A stretch of 44,578 bases of DNA. Origin: Bigelowiella natans CCMP2755 (lineage: Eukaryota > Protista > Cercozoa). The notes under the pieces were generated by a model. The model saw only the letters and a list, made by a program, of their open reading frames with translations. It made no database searches and was not told the DNA's origin. The translations under genes and the position numbers were made by a program. The stretch is from the NCBI GenBank assembly GCA_000320545.1, contig ADNK01002440.1, forward strand, positions 1 to 44,578, written 5' to 3'. Positions 25,196 through 37,199 of this stretch are shown here, in pieces. Each line of letters begins with the position of its first letter. Positions within the stretch are counted from its first letter, which is position 1.

Positions 25196-25593
25196 CGAGC
25201 ACCCATTAAACATATGTGCATATCTAAGTCATCCAGAAGATAAGAGCGGTGTTTCATAACCAACCAATATCAACTTTCCTCGTGCGTGACGATTTAGATT
25301 CCAAGCTCTCGTAACGGATACAAACCGCCATCTTGCTGGGCTGCCAGTATTAGCGCCGCCCGTCGATCCCCCCACCGAAAAGCTATCCGAGGAGGAACAG
25401 AACACAGTGCTCAATGACCCCCGAGTCGTCTCGCAAAGGGCGCGCGAGCGAGGTGCTCAGCAAGTCGCCGGACGTGCTGAGGCTTCGTTTGTTGTCTATC
25501 GTAACGGACAGCCCCTGGCCAGCGCAACAGCTAGTGATGCCGCGGCTGAAAAGGTTGGAAAGGGAATGTGAATGCATTGCTGAGTTGGGTCGG

Positions 25594-25672
<79 letters not shown>

Positions 25673-25843
25673 TGTGATCGTGCTTTAATTTTACGTGTCC
25701 GATTTCATTTCGAGCCGCGTTCCTTGCGTGGCACGTAGATAGATGTGTTATGATGTTCAGAACTCTTTTGCATGATATTGTAGCAGGATGCACAAACCTG
25801 GATAAATCAATGGAAAGGATCGGTTGGGATAAAGGTGGAATGA
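20799..25843 (+). CDS. Plastid-targeted NAD(P)-binding Rossmann protein with inserted CIA30 domain (HCF173/At4g18810-like), multi-exon
   Basis: Rossmann N-part VGVFGATGKTGREVVNLMLSEGRDVVAFARD and PEKVDFEGVSNI. CIA30 motifs WTTIDDTIMGGKSKS..WSGGVITEGGGFCGLRT..FDGIRLRVLGDGNRYKV. C-part LNPNGILNWKYKGEFAIRSSGLSYTIVRPCGL..QGDTISGAISRKEVA. The leader is predicted from exons 20799-20810, 20989-21085 and onward. Last exon 25787-25843 (alternative stop at 25571 if that intron is retained). The start position is tentative. Confidence 0.85.
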
Positions 25844-26800
25844 GAAAGCAGCTATATGTAAAAACAAAAAATAAAATTTAGTAAGACCGCGACTTGTGCT
25901 AGTGTGGTCAACGACAGTAGTAACCATTTAATCGAAATTATTCATCTCTCTGTGCATTGCGAAGCATCCTAATGCGCCATTTTCATCGCGTTCTTTTGTT
26001 TTGTCCGTGTATACGTGCGCGGCAAAATGTGTGCATGTATGTGCTATTATCTAGGAATGCAAGCTAAGTTTAGACAGTAACATGTGAACACACAAAGCTC
26101 GCATGGTGCGCACGCCGACATGACAAGACAAGCGCATCTTACATTCCCATGTGAAATCTACAAAGCCATCATGCTGCACGTGTTCTAGATCAACGTTGCG
26201 CTGACTGTCAAACTGGGCCATTGCAAGCCTCCTAGCCTAGAAGTATAGAAGACAGCATGATTGTGCGCAACTGGCGCGTGTCATAGTCCACAGGTGCAAA
26301 TAAAATAGCTAGCTAGCTAGCACGCGAAGCGTGCTGGCGCACACCAGGTCTAGAATTGCCTTCTTGTCTGCCAGCTTGGCGAGAGAGCTGGAGGGTGCAG
26401 TTGTGCTTGTCGTACACGGCATACTAGCTAGCTAGCACAGTCGCAATGGTGCATGGCTTCCGCTTTGCGAACGACGTGCAGTGGTCTGTGATGCAATCTC
26501 AACTGGGAATTTTGACACCATCGCAATTGAGTTGCAATGATAGAATGATCACTTTTTGTCACAACACTCTCCCATTGTTTTTTCTCTCGTTTGGCAACTG
26601 TTCAGCAAGTGGATCGCGTGGATGGGGTCACGTCATTCGTTACATTTTTCGTTTCTATTGTGCTCTCTCATGTACCTATGCATGTGATCTTTTTTCGTCG
26701 CGTTTCATGGATCCCTTTTGTTTAATTTAATCTACTTGTGTAATCATCATTCTGGTTTCATTTTCATTTCCACGTAAAAAATCAAATATTATTGCCTTTC

Positions 26801-27172
26801 TCACTGCTTTCTGGGCTTGTTTTCACCACTTTTATTCTCCTCGGTTAGTTCTACCAGTGCTCTGTCGAAGCACTTTTGCCATCTGAGCATATAGCAGCAT
26901 CCAGCAACACAAATAGTAAGTCGCTATCAGATGTATAGACCTTGTGTGTGATTGATAAGTACTTTTGCAAATGGCTAGGGAAAGACTATTTGAACCAATC
27001 ATTCGAATAGTAATCTAATGTTGCGTTACTTTCTGAACAATTTTTCGCACTTCTTGAGCTTCTTAGGCCCCATATACATGTGCTTCGAATAGCAAGCGTG
27101 ATGCTCACAAGAAAGGGGTTGGCATTTAGCGTAGGCCGTTCTCTCAGTCTCGGAGAGGCCGTCATCTTCCAT
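26801..27172 (-). CDS. Small twin-CX9C (CHCH-type) protein, probably mitochondrial intermembrane space; exons 27172-27030 and 26882-26801
   Basis: MEDDGLSETERTAYAKCQPLSCEHHACYSKHMYMGPKKLKKCEKLFRK/WQKCFDRALVELTEENKSGENKPRKQ*. Two C-x9-C motifs are joined in phase across a GT-AG intron. Confidence 0.75.
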
Positions 27173-27816
27173 TATTCTTCGAGGTTCCCAGAGTCTGGAA
27201 ATTCGAGAGTCTCCAGAGAATCTCGGGTAGGCTGTTCCTACGAGATAGTAACGCTCAATTTCTGACATCTTGTCCCATTTTGTCACGAAAATGGTCCCAA
27301 TGTTCAATATCCGTGATAGAAACCACTCCGTTCAGGCATATCTTCAGCCGCAGAATTGGTCAGTATAGTTTGAATATGAACTGGTATTCAGAAATTTGTC
27401 CAGATTTATCTTGAGAATACGCAATTTGAAATGTCGTAGGTGCGAAATGTGTTAGATACTTTGAAATATGGGAGATGTGCGAAAACGCAATTGTAAGTCA
27501 GCACAAAAGCAAAGTCATTTCTCAAATTATCTTCCTATTAATACATATGCGACATACAGGGACGTGGAATATTCGAAATAAAAGTATTGTGTTTTAGAAT
27601 ACTTTGATTTTCATCTCTGCAGATATTGTTTCATTAGTTTGAATAATGCAACTAGAAACCATGTCGCCGGAGCCTGGTAATGATCCTCCCACCTCTCTCT
27701 CCCTCCAATGACACCAAGAAGATGATGCATAATGAATGAAGTCCCAAATTATATGATGCTGCTCATTCATCTGCAGGCACTCGAATCGCTCTGACATGGT
27801 GAAATTTTATTCAGGG

Positions 27817-28520
27817 ATGAAAGCTTTCTCAATCATATTGGGATTGCTAGTCTTTCAGGCGGATTCATTGCATAATGAAAATTCCCTTGGTGGGAAGACT
27901 CTAGTGGCCGGCAAGTAAGTACACCTGCATCAATTGTACCCACATAATCTTACTCACAATATACTAGTGAAATAGATATTCAGTGATGAAAAATACCTTC
28001 AAATTCTGATCTCCCTCACACTCGCAAATCAGGGATGCCCGGACGCCCGAATGTGGCGCAGACAAGAAATGCCTCTTTTCTGAGAATAGGCACATCTGTG
28101 CTCACGTCTTCTACACAGCTGATAAAGAATCGACTCTGTATGTAACTTGTCTCTTCAATGTTTACATGGACTGACCACTAAAATGCTAGATTCGAGTCTC
28201 GTTCTCCAAGTCGTCGATTCTGTTTGTGATGCATATATATTTGTTGTCCCTAGAATGAAAAAAGACTTCTTCGAAGCTACGGGGCAGGAGAACTTGCGAA
28301 GAGCGTGGTTGGAGCGATCGAAGAATAATACCAATTCACCATGGTGCATCAGCCTTCCAGAAGCATACAAATACATGTGCCAGGACGACTTCGAGAAGAT
28401 GCCCTGTGATTGTAAGTTTTACGATTGTAAGGGAACAGATACCTGCGACTTTGCCTCTTACAACATGAAAAACGAAGCAGCTCCATTCTCATCCACGTGA
28501 GTTTATCTATATATTAAAAT

Positions 28521-28558
<38 letters not shown>

Positions 28559-28578
28559 TCTCTCTTTCTTTCTCTCAG

Positions 28579-28654
<76 letters not shown>

Positions 28655-29697
28655 TATATATATTAATAATATGTATTATATATGAATATATTTCTGTTCC
28701 TGCATTGAATACACTGCGACAAGTAATCTAATATTCCCCTAATTCTTGCTTAACAGATACGTCCAAGACTGTTTCAAAAAATGCTGTAAAGAGGACGTCG
28801 CCGCGTGCAACGCCAACAGGGCAGCGAGGCGAGTCGCTGTGCTTCCAACGGGCTTTCCAACACCAGCACCAGTGCCTACCCCTCACCCTTCGAAGAGCCC
28901 ATCGGAATACCCAACTCCGCATCCGTCTCCCAAGCCTACGCCCTTCCCATCACGAGACCCAAGCTCGCAACCGACCGAATTTCCTACAGCAGATCCATCC
29001 AGCTTCCCAACTCCACTTCCCACCCCCCAGCCGACCGACAATCCAACGCAAAAGCCGTCGAGCTTTCCTTCGCCTAGTCCCACGAAAGAGCCCTCGGCGT
29101 TCCCCACGGCCCATCCAACCCAGCACCCGGTAGTGTTGTTGAACGAATAACAGTCTTTGCTCGCCAGCTGCATGCTTGCGCCCTGAGAAGCAGCGGTCGC
29201 GTGTCGTTGCGCGAGCATGGAGAGCAATGCTTGAAACACGGCGGTTATTGTGTGTGTGTGAAATCAGGTCCCTCCTGTAGCCGACCCCACCCCAGCACCA
29301 ACAGGGTTCCCTACTCAGGAGCCGACAAACTTCCCCTCGCCGCAGGTTGGGATCAAAGCAGATAGGCACTCCCCTCCATCTTTCACTCGCCCAAGAGAAT
29401 ATCGAGGGTGGGGGGGGGATGGCAGAAAATGGCAAACGCGACAGTGATGACAGCGAGAAACATATTTTAGTAGATAGAGACATCTGAAACCCACATTGCA
29501 GAGATCTCCTCTTCTGACTGAGAAACGGCGTTTTTGCACTCCCCCCCCCCCCCCCGAATAGTATTGGTAATTACTCTGCCTGTTCATTCAATCAGCATGG
29601 CCTAAAGCATCAACCATGGTTTTTGCATTTGTTGATACTATTAGCCTACCAACTTTCCTACTGAGTTCCCAACACCAGAACCAACTGTAGACCCAAC

Positions 29698-29738
<41 letters not shown>

Positions 29739-31048
29739 TGAGAGGGCTCGTAGAGGAAGTCATTATTTTTTTGGTTAAATTAGATCTAGGAGTGTTTCAT
29801 TAAGAGAAAGGGGGGGATGTAGTAGCATGTGTGTGATAATTATCATTTTTTTTTAAAATGCAGATGCGATTTATTATCTTCGTGCTTCCTCACCTTTCTC
29901 CCCCCCCCCCCTGATTTCCTTGTCCATGTAGGATATCCAACGCCTCGCCCTTCGGCATTCCCAACTCCCGCACCAACCGGTTTCCCAACAGCAGAGGTTC
30001 TGTTATGTGTTGTCCACTTTTCTTCTATTCCTCCCCCCCCTTGAAAGATAATGTATGCCATATCGCGGGGTGTGCGCTGTTTATCTCCCCCCCCCCCTCC
30101 CACTGTGCAATTCTCAATTTTCTGTTCAATATTGTTTTTCCAGCCGACTATGGACCCGACGCAAGATCCAACGAAGGAGCCGACAATAGCACCCACGCAA
30201 CGGCCAACAGGCTACCCTACGACAGAGCCAACCAACGAGCCAACCCCATATCCAACACGGGAGCCGACGCCATTCCCTACAGCCATACCTACCACGAAAG
30301 AAGGCTACGTGAACGTCAAGGACTTCACGCTGGGAAAACTGCTGGTTCCTGAGAAGGGGCTGCTTCTTGGAAAGATCGACACGAGCCAGGAGTTTACCCT
30401 TTCTTTTGACATCATCCCGACCCAGGTGAAGGCGGGGTGGACTAGCATCATTCGCTTTTCCTCTGGCGACTCAAAAGATATCGGCGTTGGCACGAGGGCT
30501 CCTGCGCTATGGTTTTCTCCCGGAACTACGAATCTGTAATGATAACTCGGCAATATTATGAAGCTGCTAACGAATGAAAGAAAAATCTCGCATCTTACCA
30601 GAGCTTTCCTCTTCCCCTCCCTCTCTCCCTCCACAGATTCGCTCGAATGGACACGAACACTGAGGCTGACAGAGGGTGCACGTCTGCAAATCCGCTCCCT
30701 CTTTTCGTCAAGTCCCACGTCAAAATGACCGTTCAGGAGGGTATTATGATCAAGCTCTTCGTAGATGGTACTACCACCCTTCGCTCTCAAACACGGGCAG
30801 ATATCTAGACAAACCAACTCTGTCCTCTCCTTTCCTCCTCTCCTCCTCGCTCTGTCAATTCACCATCCGTTGGTTGTACCCGCTGTGGTTTGCAGGTAAA
30901 GAGGCGTGTCGATTCAATCCACGCAGCCATCAGCTGCTCTTTGCCAAAAAGGGGGTCAAGGTCTACTTAGGCGATAAGTTCTATTCACCCGCCCAGGCAC
31001 AGGTGATAATACCCCATTTCACCTCTGAGAGAAGCTCTATTCTTCAAG

Positions 31049-31115
<67 letters not shown>

Positions 31116-32496
31116 CGTGTAATTGTGTATTTTTTTAAACATGAAACTCCGTAGCAACAACAATTGCGTTTCCTTGAAAATGACAGGTCTCGAATATAAG
31201 CTACAGCAGCCATCCTAACCTGCCGTTGATCCCTCACGGAATTTCCCTCGCCGACAAAATGGTACCGATAAGGAAGGGGGAGCTTCTGGGTTACATGGAC
31301 ACAACATCCTCATTCAAGCTGTCGTTTGACGTCCAAATCGATAGCATCGTTGGTGAGTAGAGCAGTGCCCCACCCCCACCCCCCTTGATGCATTTGCCAT
31401 CATGATATGCCCTTGTTTTCCACCACCGGTGAATCTAAATACGCGTGCTCCTCCTCCTCCTCCCCCAGACTCAGGGTTTGCAAGCATTCTTCACCTAACT
31501 CTCGGAGTAGACAACGGTGCTCTCGGATCGAGAATTCCAGGGGTTTGGCTGAAACCGGGGACAACGCAGCTTTACATCAGGTCGGGCACGACAATGGAGC
31601 ATGACGTAGGCTGTGACATCCATGCGAACCACGCTCTCGAGCTCGGCAAGAAGCACACGATCGTCTTTATTGTGACGGAAGGGCCCACGCATGTCGTAAA
31701 GATCGATGGCAGCAAGGTTAGGAGGCGGCGGTGCGAGCGGCGATACGATTTGATTCGATAGTCTTCGTGCATATGATATTGTGGGAGGAGGGAGGTCCTT
31801 TACCACCTCGCTGTCTCCACAAAACTTCATCACACTACAATATCAATCTTTTTCATCTAATCTGTGCACCAATAACACACCCTATCGTCGTGATTCACTT
31901 TTTCCCATTCTCAATATTGTTCGACCCTTCCCCCCCCCTCAAAATCTTCCTCCTCTCCTCCCACCTCCTCCTGCAGGTCTGCCATTTTAATCCCAAGTCC
32001 AACGATTTGGTTCCGAACTCGCCGGCCACGCAGCTGTGGGTGGGGGACAAGTGGTACACCAGCGCAGTTGGGAAAATCGGCAGTATTATCTACGAGCCGC
32101 TCCCTCTCATGCCGAGGCCCAGCCCGAGCGATCTGACCAGCGGCAAGACTCTAGTCTTGGGGGGGGATCCCATCTATCTCGGGTACCTCGATACGTTCGA
32201 GACGTACGAGATGACGACGCACGTGAAGCTGACGGGAATCGTTCGGGGCTGGTCTAATTTGCTGCATGTCACCGCCAAGGGTACCAACTTTGAAAAGCCT
32301 GGATCACGCATCCCTGGAATATGGGTAGTAGTCTTTGCCGTAGATAGGACGTCGCCGCAGTAGCAGTAATAGTACCTCGAGCAGTTTTTCTTTCCTGGGG
32401 CCGTGCGTTTCGAAAGACACGTGTACCCATCAATTCACGAGCAACATGCTCGCATTCAAGATAGTTGACGAGAAAGCGCGGGAAGAGATGAAGAAC

Positions 32497-32543
<47 letters not shown>

Positions 32544-33437
32544 TGAGATGAAGTTATAGCTATTAATATACTAATAACTAATTTCGTCGACATCATTGAT
32601 AATCCCCCTTCGAAGGTGATTCCACACTCCACGCGTCTGCAAGTAATTATGGGCTCCAAGAATATGATTAACAACGGTTGCGCGACGAAGGCACTTCCAA
32701 TAAACAAGACGGTCGCCATTACAATGCGCGCGTACCCGGGGCCCGTGTACACCGTTCACTTCGATGACGAGCAGCAATGCGCCATCACCCCGAAATGCCA
32801 GCTGTTCCCCGCACACAATAATTCCAGGGTGTGGGTTGCGGACAAGTGGCACCATGCATCCAAAGCGGAAGTTGTGTTGATGAAATATGGACCAGCTCCC
32901 GTCCTAAACAAGAACAGTATCATCTCCTCGGCCAGGAAGCTGCAGCGTGGGTACTTTGTTGGCGTGATCAATACGACCAAGGAATTCCACATGTCCTTCA
33001 AATTGACACCACGAGGAAAGGTTAAGGGCTGGAGCAACATCATCCATCTAACCGAGCGGAACAACAAGGGATTGAAATCCCGTCTCCCTGCTGTGTTCTT
33101 TCAGCCTGATAAACTCCGTTTGACGCTGGTTGTGACCGACAAAAACGGCAAGCAGCTCCGTAAGGACTCGAAATTCAACCTGAAAAAGGACCAGACGTAT
33201 CTGGTAGATATCGTCGTTGGAAAGCTCGGTCTTGCGATGCGTTTGGATAAAAAGTACATCATCGCCAAGCACAAGGCTTTCAACCGGGTTCCTGCTACGA
33301 AGAATATCAAAATATGGGCGTCCAATCCATTCGCCGGTGCTGCCAACGCCGAAATTAGCGACCTCACGTACACAAGAGAAATAAAGCCTGAAGATTTGAC
33401 TGGAGAGGATTTAACTGGCTCAAACAAAAAAAAATAG
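27817..33437 (+). CDS. Secreted modular protein: signal peptide, Cys-rich domain, Pro/Thr mucin-like stalk, four tandem ConA/LamG-like beta-sandwich repeats
   Basis: Leader MKAFSIILGLLVFQADS. Cys-rich exons at 28033-28137, 28254-28496 and 28757 onward. (PTxx)n repeats at ~28845-30295. Four homologous repeats share G.IDT..F.LSF.....GW.(S/N)I.H.T..GSR.P..W..P...L and (Y/W)VGDK(F/W)Y..A. About 14 exons are in phase; stop at 33437. Confidence 0.8.
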
Positions 33438-33936
33438 CGATTAAACCGAAAAAACAGAATTCCGAGGATCGCTCAATCCACTTCTAGACAAACAATGAAA
33501 TCCTTCATGGCCTAGAGCAGGGCAAGCAGCTCAAGCACTCTTACCACGTTTATCCATTATCTATTTATTTAACAATACTCCGAAACCCCTTTCTTATATC
33601 AGCTGAGAATCTCTTACCATACTGTTTAAAACTATTAAAAATGTGCAATAAATGTTTGGAAAACAATGACTTCTGGATTAAGTTAGATGCGGTTGTAACT
33701 GAAACGGGAGATACGCACACACCTCTGTTTTGTCTAATTTACTGTCATGAAAGAATTATCTCTCTTTGTTTTCAAGTCGGATGGTGCGTATGTTTTCTCG
33801 CTCGATTTCATATTCATCATGACGCTCGCATCCGCACGGCTCGCATGAAGCCTGATGTGAAGTTGTGCAGGGCGCTTGGGCTTGTCGTAAGAGACATGGG
33901 ATACGCTATGTTTAATGATAGATATGTAATACAATA

Positions 33937-34012
<76 letters not shown>

Positions 34013-35313
34013 CTGTGTCTATTATTTTATACACAACAAAATAAGGAGGTGAGCATAATTATATGAATGAACTACATTCTGTCGTCAATGGCTCATCCGC
34101 ACAATGCATATAGCTCTCTGCAAAGTTATAGTAGCAGCAGCGCTTGCATCGCAATCATTTCAGATCATTTGCGTAAGCTTTATTAGTCATCACAACATGT
34201 GCACGCTCATGCATGCGACATGCTATGGTACCCTCGCTAGCTCGACACGCTGCGCGCAGTGCAGACGTGCCATGTAGCTGCGTGAACATGCATGTGCGAT
34301 CGATCATCATGCAGCACACCAATCAAGAGAAATGAACAAACATGAATCAAGTGAAAGCGCTGCGTAACCGCCGCTTTGCATGCCATGACGCCTATATTAG
34401 GATGACCAGGGAAATGTTTGTTTCACGGCACACAGATCCGTCTCGCATGCAACGCACCGTACATGAAGTCTCTCGGCTTCACCATGTACCTGTCTCGGAT
34501 CACTGGAGACGCAGGCTCAACGTTGAATTTAGATCTGCGATTGCTGCTCGATAGCTGCCTAATGTTGTCACGTCATGGATGTTGGCCAACACATTGGTGA
34601 CATGGCAAATTTTAAGAGGCGATTGTGCACTGCATCGCAGACGAAGCACGCTGCGCAGCAGCAGCGTGCGTGCAACGTCATCAAAGATGTGGATCGCTTG
34701 CTTTCTTGACCTTGCGGCATTGCATGCACACCACACTTCAACGCCGCTTGAGGAATCAGCTAACTGCCACAGTGATGCGCGACGCGAAGAAACGAAAAGA
34801 TTAACCTGCGATGAAAAGGAAACACGCAAAATCTAGAAAATCCGCGCCATTATCAAGACCGAATCATGCAACATGTATTTGATTGCATGAATCACAGCAC
34901 ATCACAGCGGAGACCGACAGATTCAACATTTGCGCTGTAGCCGCTGCATTGCACGCAGCTGCTACATGAGGATGGCCATTGAACAAATTTGATTTGATTC
35001 AAGACATCCGTCTTACACCCGTCTCACATATTACACGTATGGCATGAAACAAATTTTCATTGGTTTGCTAGCTGCGCTCAACAGCTAGCTAGTCAATGTT
35101 TGTTAAGCAAAACATTACATAAACGATGTTGCCAATTATAAAAAAGAACACTGATCGACCTAGATGCGGCGGGTGAAAAATACATGCTTGTGATTCGTGT
35201 AATATGAAAATAAAGATTTAATCATACTTTTCTTATTGCTGTTTTGCCAGTTTAAGCGAGAGCAACCTTCTACTTTTGGCTTGAACCGCCGTGCGAGTTC
35301 TAGATCTGATCCT

Positions 35314-36213
35314 TTATCGCCTTCTTAACCTTGAAACAGCGGAAATCAGATTTTGTGTTAAAAGCGAAAAGAATAGAAGTGATGCGGAGTAATAATACCG
35401 CATCTTCAGCCTGCTACTTGAAGGGTTCTTAGCTGTGCTCTTTGCAGTTATCTTGACCGCAACTTTCGCCGCTTGTTTCGCTACATTTTTGTCCACCCCT
35501 AGTCGTATTTGGGCCAACAAATAGTGCGAAAGCGATCCATCGATTAGATACAGAGAGAACCGTAGAAAAAGCGGCTCAATGCGGAACACTGCAGTCCCCT
35601 TGGCGGCAGCGGTGGCTACATCGCCCGCAGCCCTAGTAGCAGTAGTTAGCACCAGGCCACCTACCCCCATTCCGATTTTTTTGATGTCAGCGTAAGTTGT
35701 TGGGTTAGATGTCGCCGCCATGGCTGGTGTTTTTTTTTGGAAAAGCGACTGTTCGAGAGCTTCTTCATGAGTGCGCAGGTTTGAGTTTTTCCTTCAGTTG
35801 AGGGCCAGGTGCTGGTTCTGATCTTCGAGACCGCACACTCGCGGTGCGCTTTATGTTTTGATGGTGGATTAAAACGTGGTCATCAAATTTAATACCCTCG
35901 CCAATGCCAATAGCTTCGCTAACAACCGCGAGCATCGCACACCACAGTGTGCACTCGAGACTGTTTCCGTCACCTTCATGGCGTCGTAGGCTCCGTTCCA
36001 ATCTCGCTTGGCCGCCGCCTTCGTAACGCGAACTGGCGTCTATCGTCATGTTTCTTTCCGAGCTCGTAAGGAAAATCCTGGCTGAGTACTTTTCCGCAGC
36101 CTTGAGTAAAGTGAAAAAAACATGCGCTGCGGTTGAAATCTTATGGTTACCGTGACGGTCCTCCCCACAGCGTTCCCAGGAGCCTTGAATCCGTTGCCGG
36201 TAGCCCTAACCAT
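35314..36213 (-). CDS. Hypothetical Ala/Lys/Thr-rich orphan gene or pseudogene; structure unresolved
   Basis: ATG 36213 (MVRATGNGFKAPGNAVGRTVT|gt) and coding-like segments TPVRVTKAAAKRDWNGAYDAMK and MAATSNPTTYADIKKIGMGVGGLVLTTATRAAGDVATAAAKG..VAKQAAKVAVKITAK. I could not join all segments in phase. Confidence 0.3.
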
Positions 36214-36404
36214 GCCTTAGAGGCCTCTCTGTGTGCTCTCTGTGCCCACGACAGTTTCTGAGTTTTTAAATTTAAGTTACAAACAATTAATTACCGTAAC
36301 GCATGTAAAAAAGGCCTAGATCTAGGCTAAAAGTGACATTTCTTTAAGACCAGAACGTTGATTTTCTAAAAATAGAAATAGCTCAAAAATTTGGTCGACA
36401 ATAT

Positions 36405-36438
36405 TCTAGATCTAGATCTAGATCTAGATCTAGATCTA
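36405..36438. repeat. (TCTAGA)5+ self-complementary hexamer tandem repeat
   Basis: tctagatctagatctagatctagatctagatcta, lying in the intergenic region upstream of the ATG at 36681. Confidence 0.95.
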
Positions 36439-36680
36439 TTTTCGGAAAATCAGCATTTTTGCAGGCATCATTTAGATCTAAATGCATAAGAAATGTCACT
36501 TCACGTACCTGTAATGTAATGTTAGATCTAGTCCGTTTCGGTGGAATTCAGGTGATTTTAGAATATATTATCGTCATTCGAAAGTAATATCCAGGTGATT
36601 TTAAGATTTTTTCCAAATTTCCCGTTGTCGTACTTGCAATTTTTCGCACACCCAGGAAGGCAGGCTCGAATGGGAAACTG

Positions 36681-37158
36681 ATGGCGGCCAAGCTTCTCGT
36701 TGGCGTAGCTGCCGTGCTGCTAGCCCATGCCCCATTGGCAAAAGGTGAGCTGCAAATGTAATTTTGAGTGTCTATCTAGTTGGGAAATCAATCGCGTAAT
36801 TTATATTTTTTAAATACTTGTTTCTGCAAACAACAGGGAGTTCTGCTTCGCCCACTTATGCGCCCATTGCTTTGCCCACTGCTATGCCCTCCACTGCTTC
36901 GCCCACTTCTTCGCCCACGACAGCCGTCCCAAGCATCGATTCCAACGGTAGGGAAAAGATAGACGGGTTCTCCCAAAAACGAATGTGATAATTAAAAATG
37001 GAAACAATAAAGGGAGATGACTTCAACGACGTTGTTGATGCAAGAATTACTCGAAAATGTTTCTAGATTCTTGTTCAGACATTTCGTGACATTCTGCTAT
37101 CAGTTATGAAGAGATCCTTCTCGGAAATCACGACTCGGACTTGGAGTATGACGCGCGC

Positions 37159-37199
<41 letters not shown>

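Noticed and set aside
27911-27916. Possible GC-AG intron (G|gcaagt)
   Set aside because: The adjacent canonical donor AA|gtaagt at 27915 gives the correct phase with the next exon.
36405-36438. Possible interstitial telomere repeat
   Set aside because: The unit is TCTAGA, which lacks the G-run of TTAGGG or TCTAGGG telomeric repeats.
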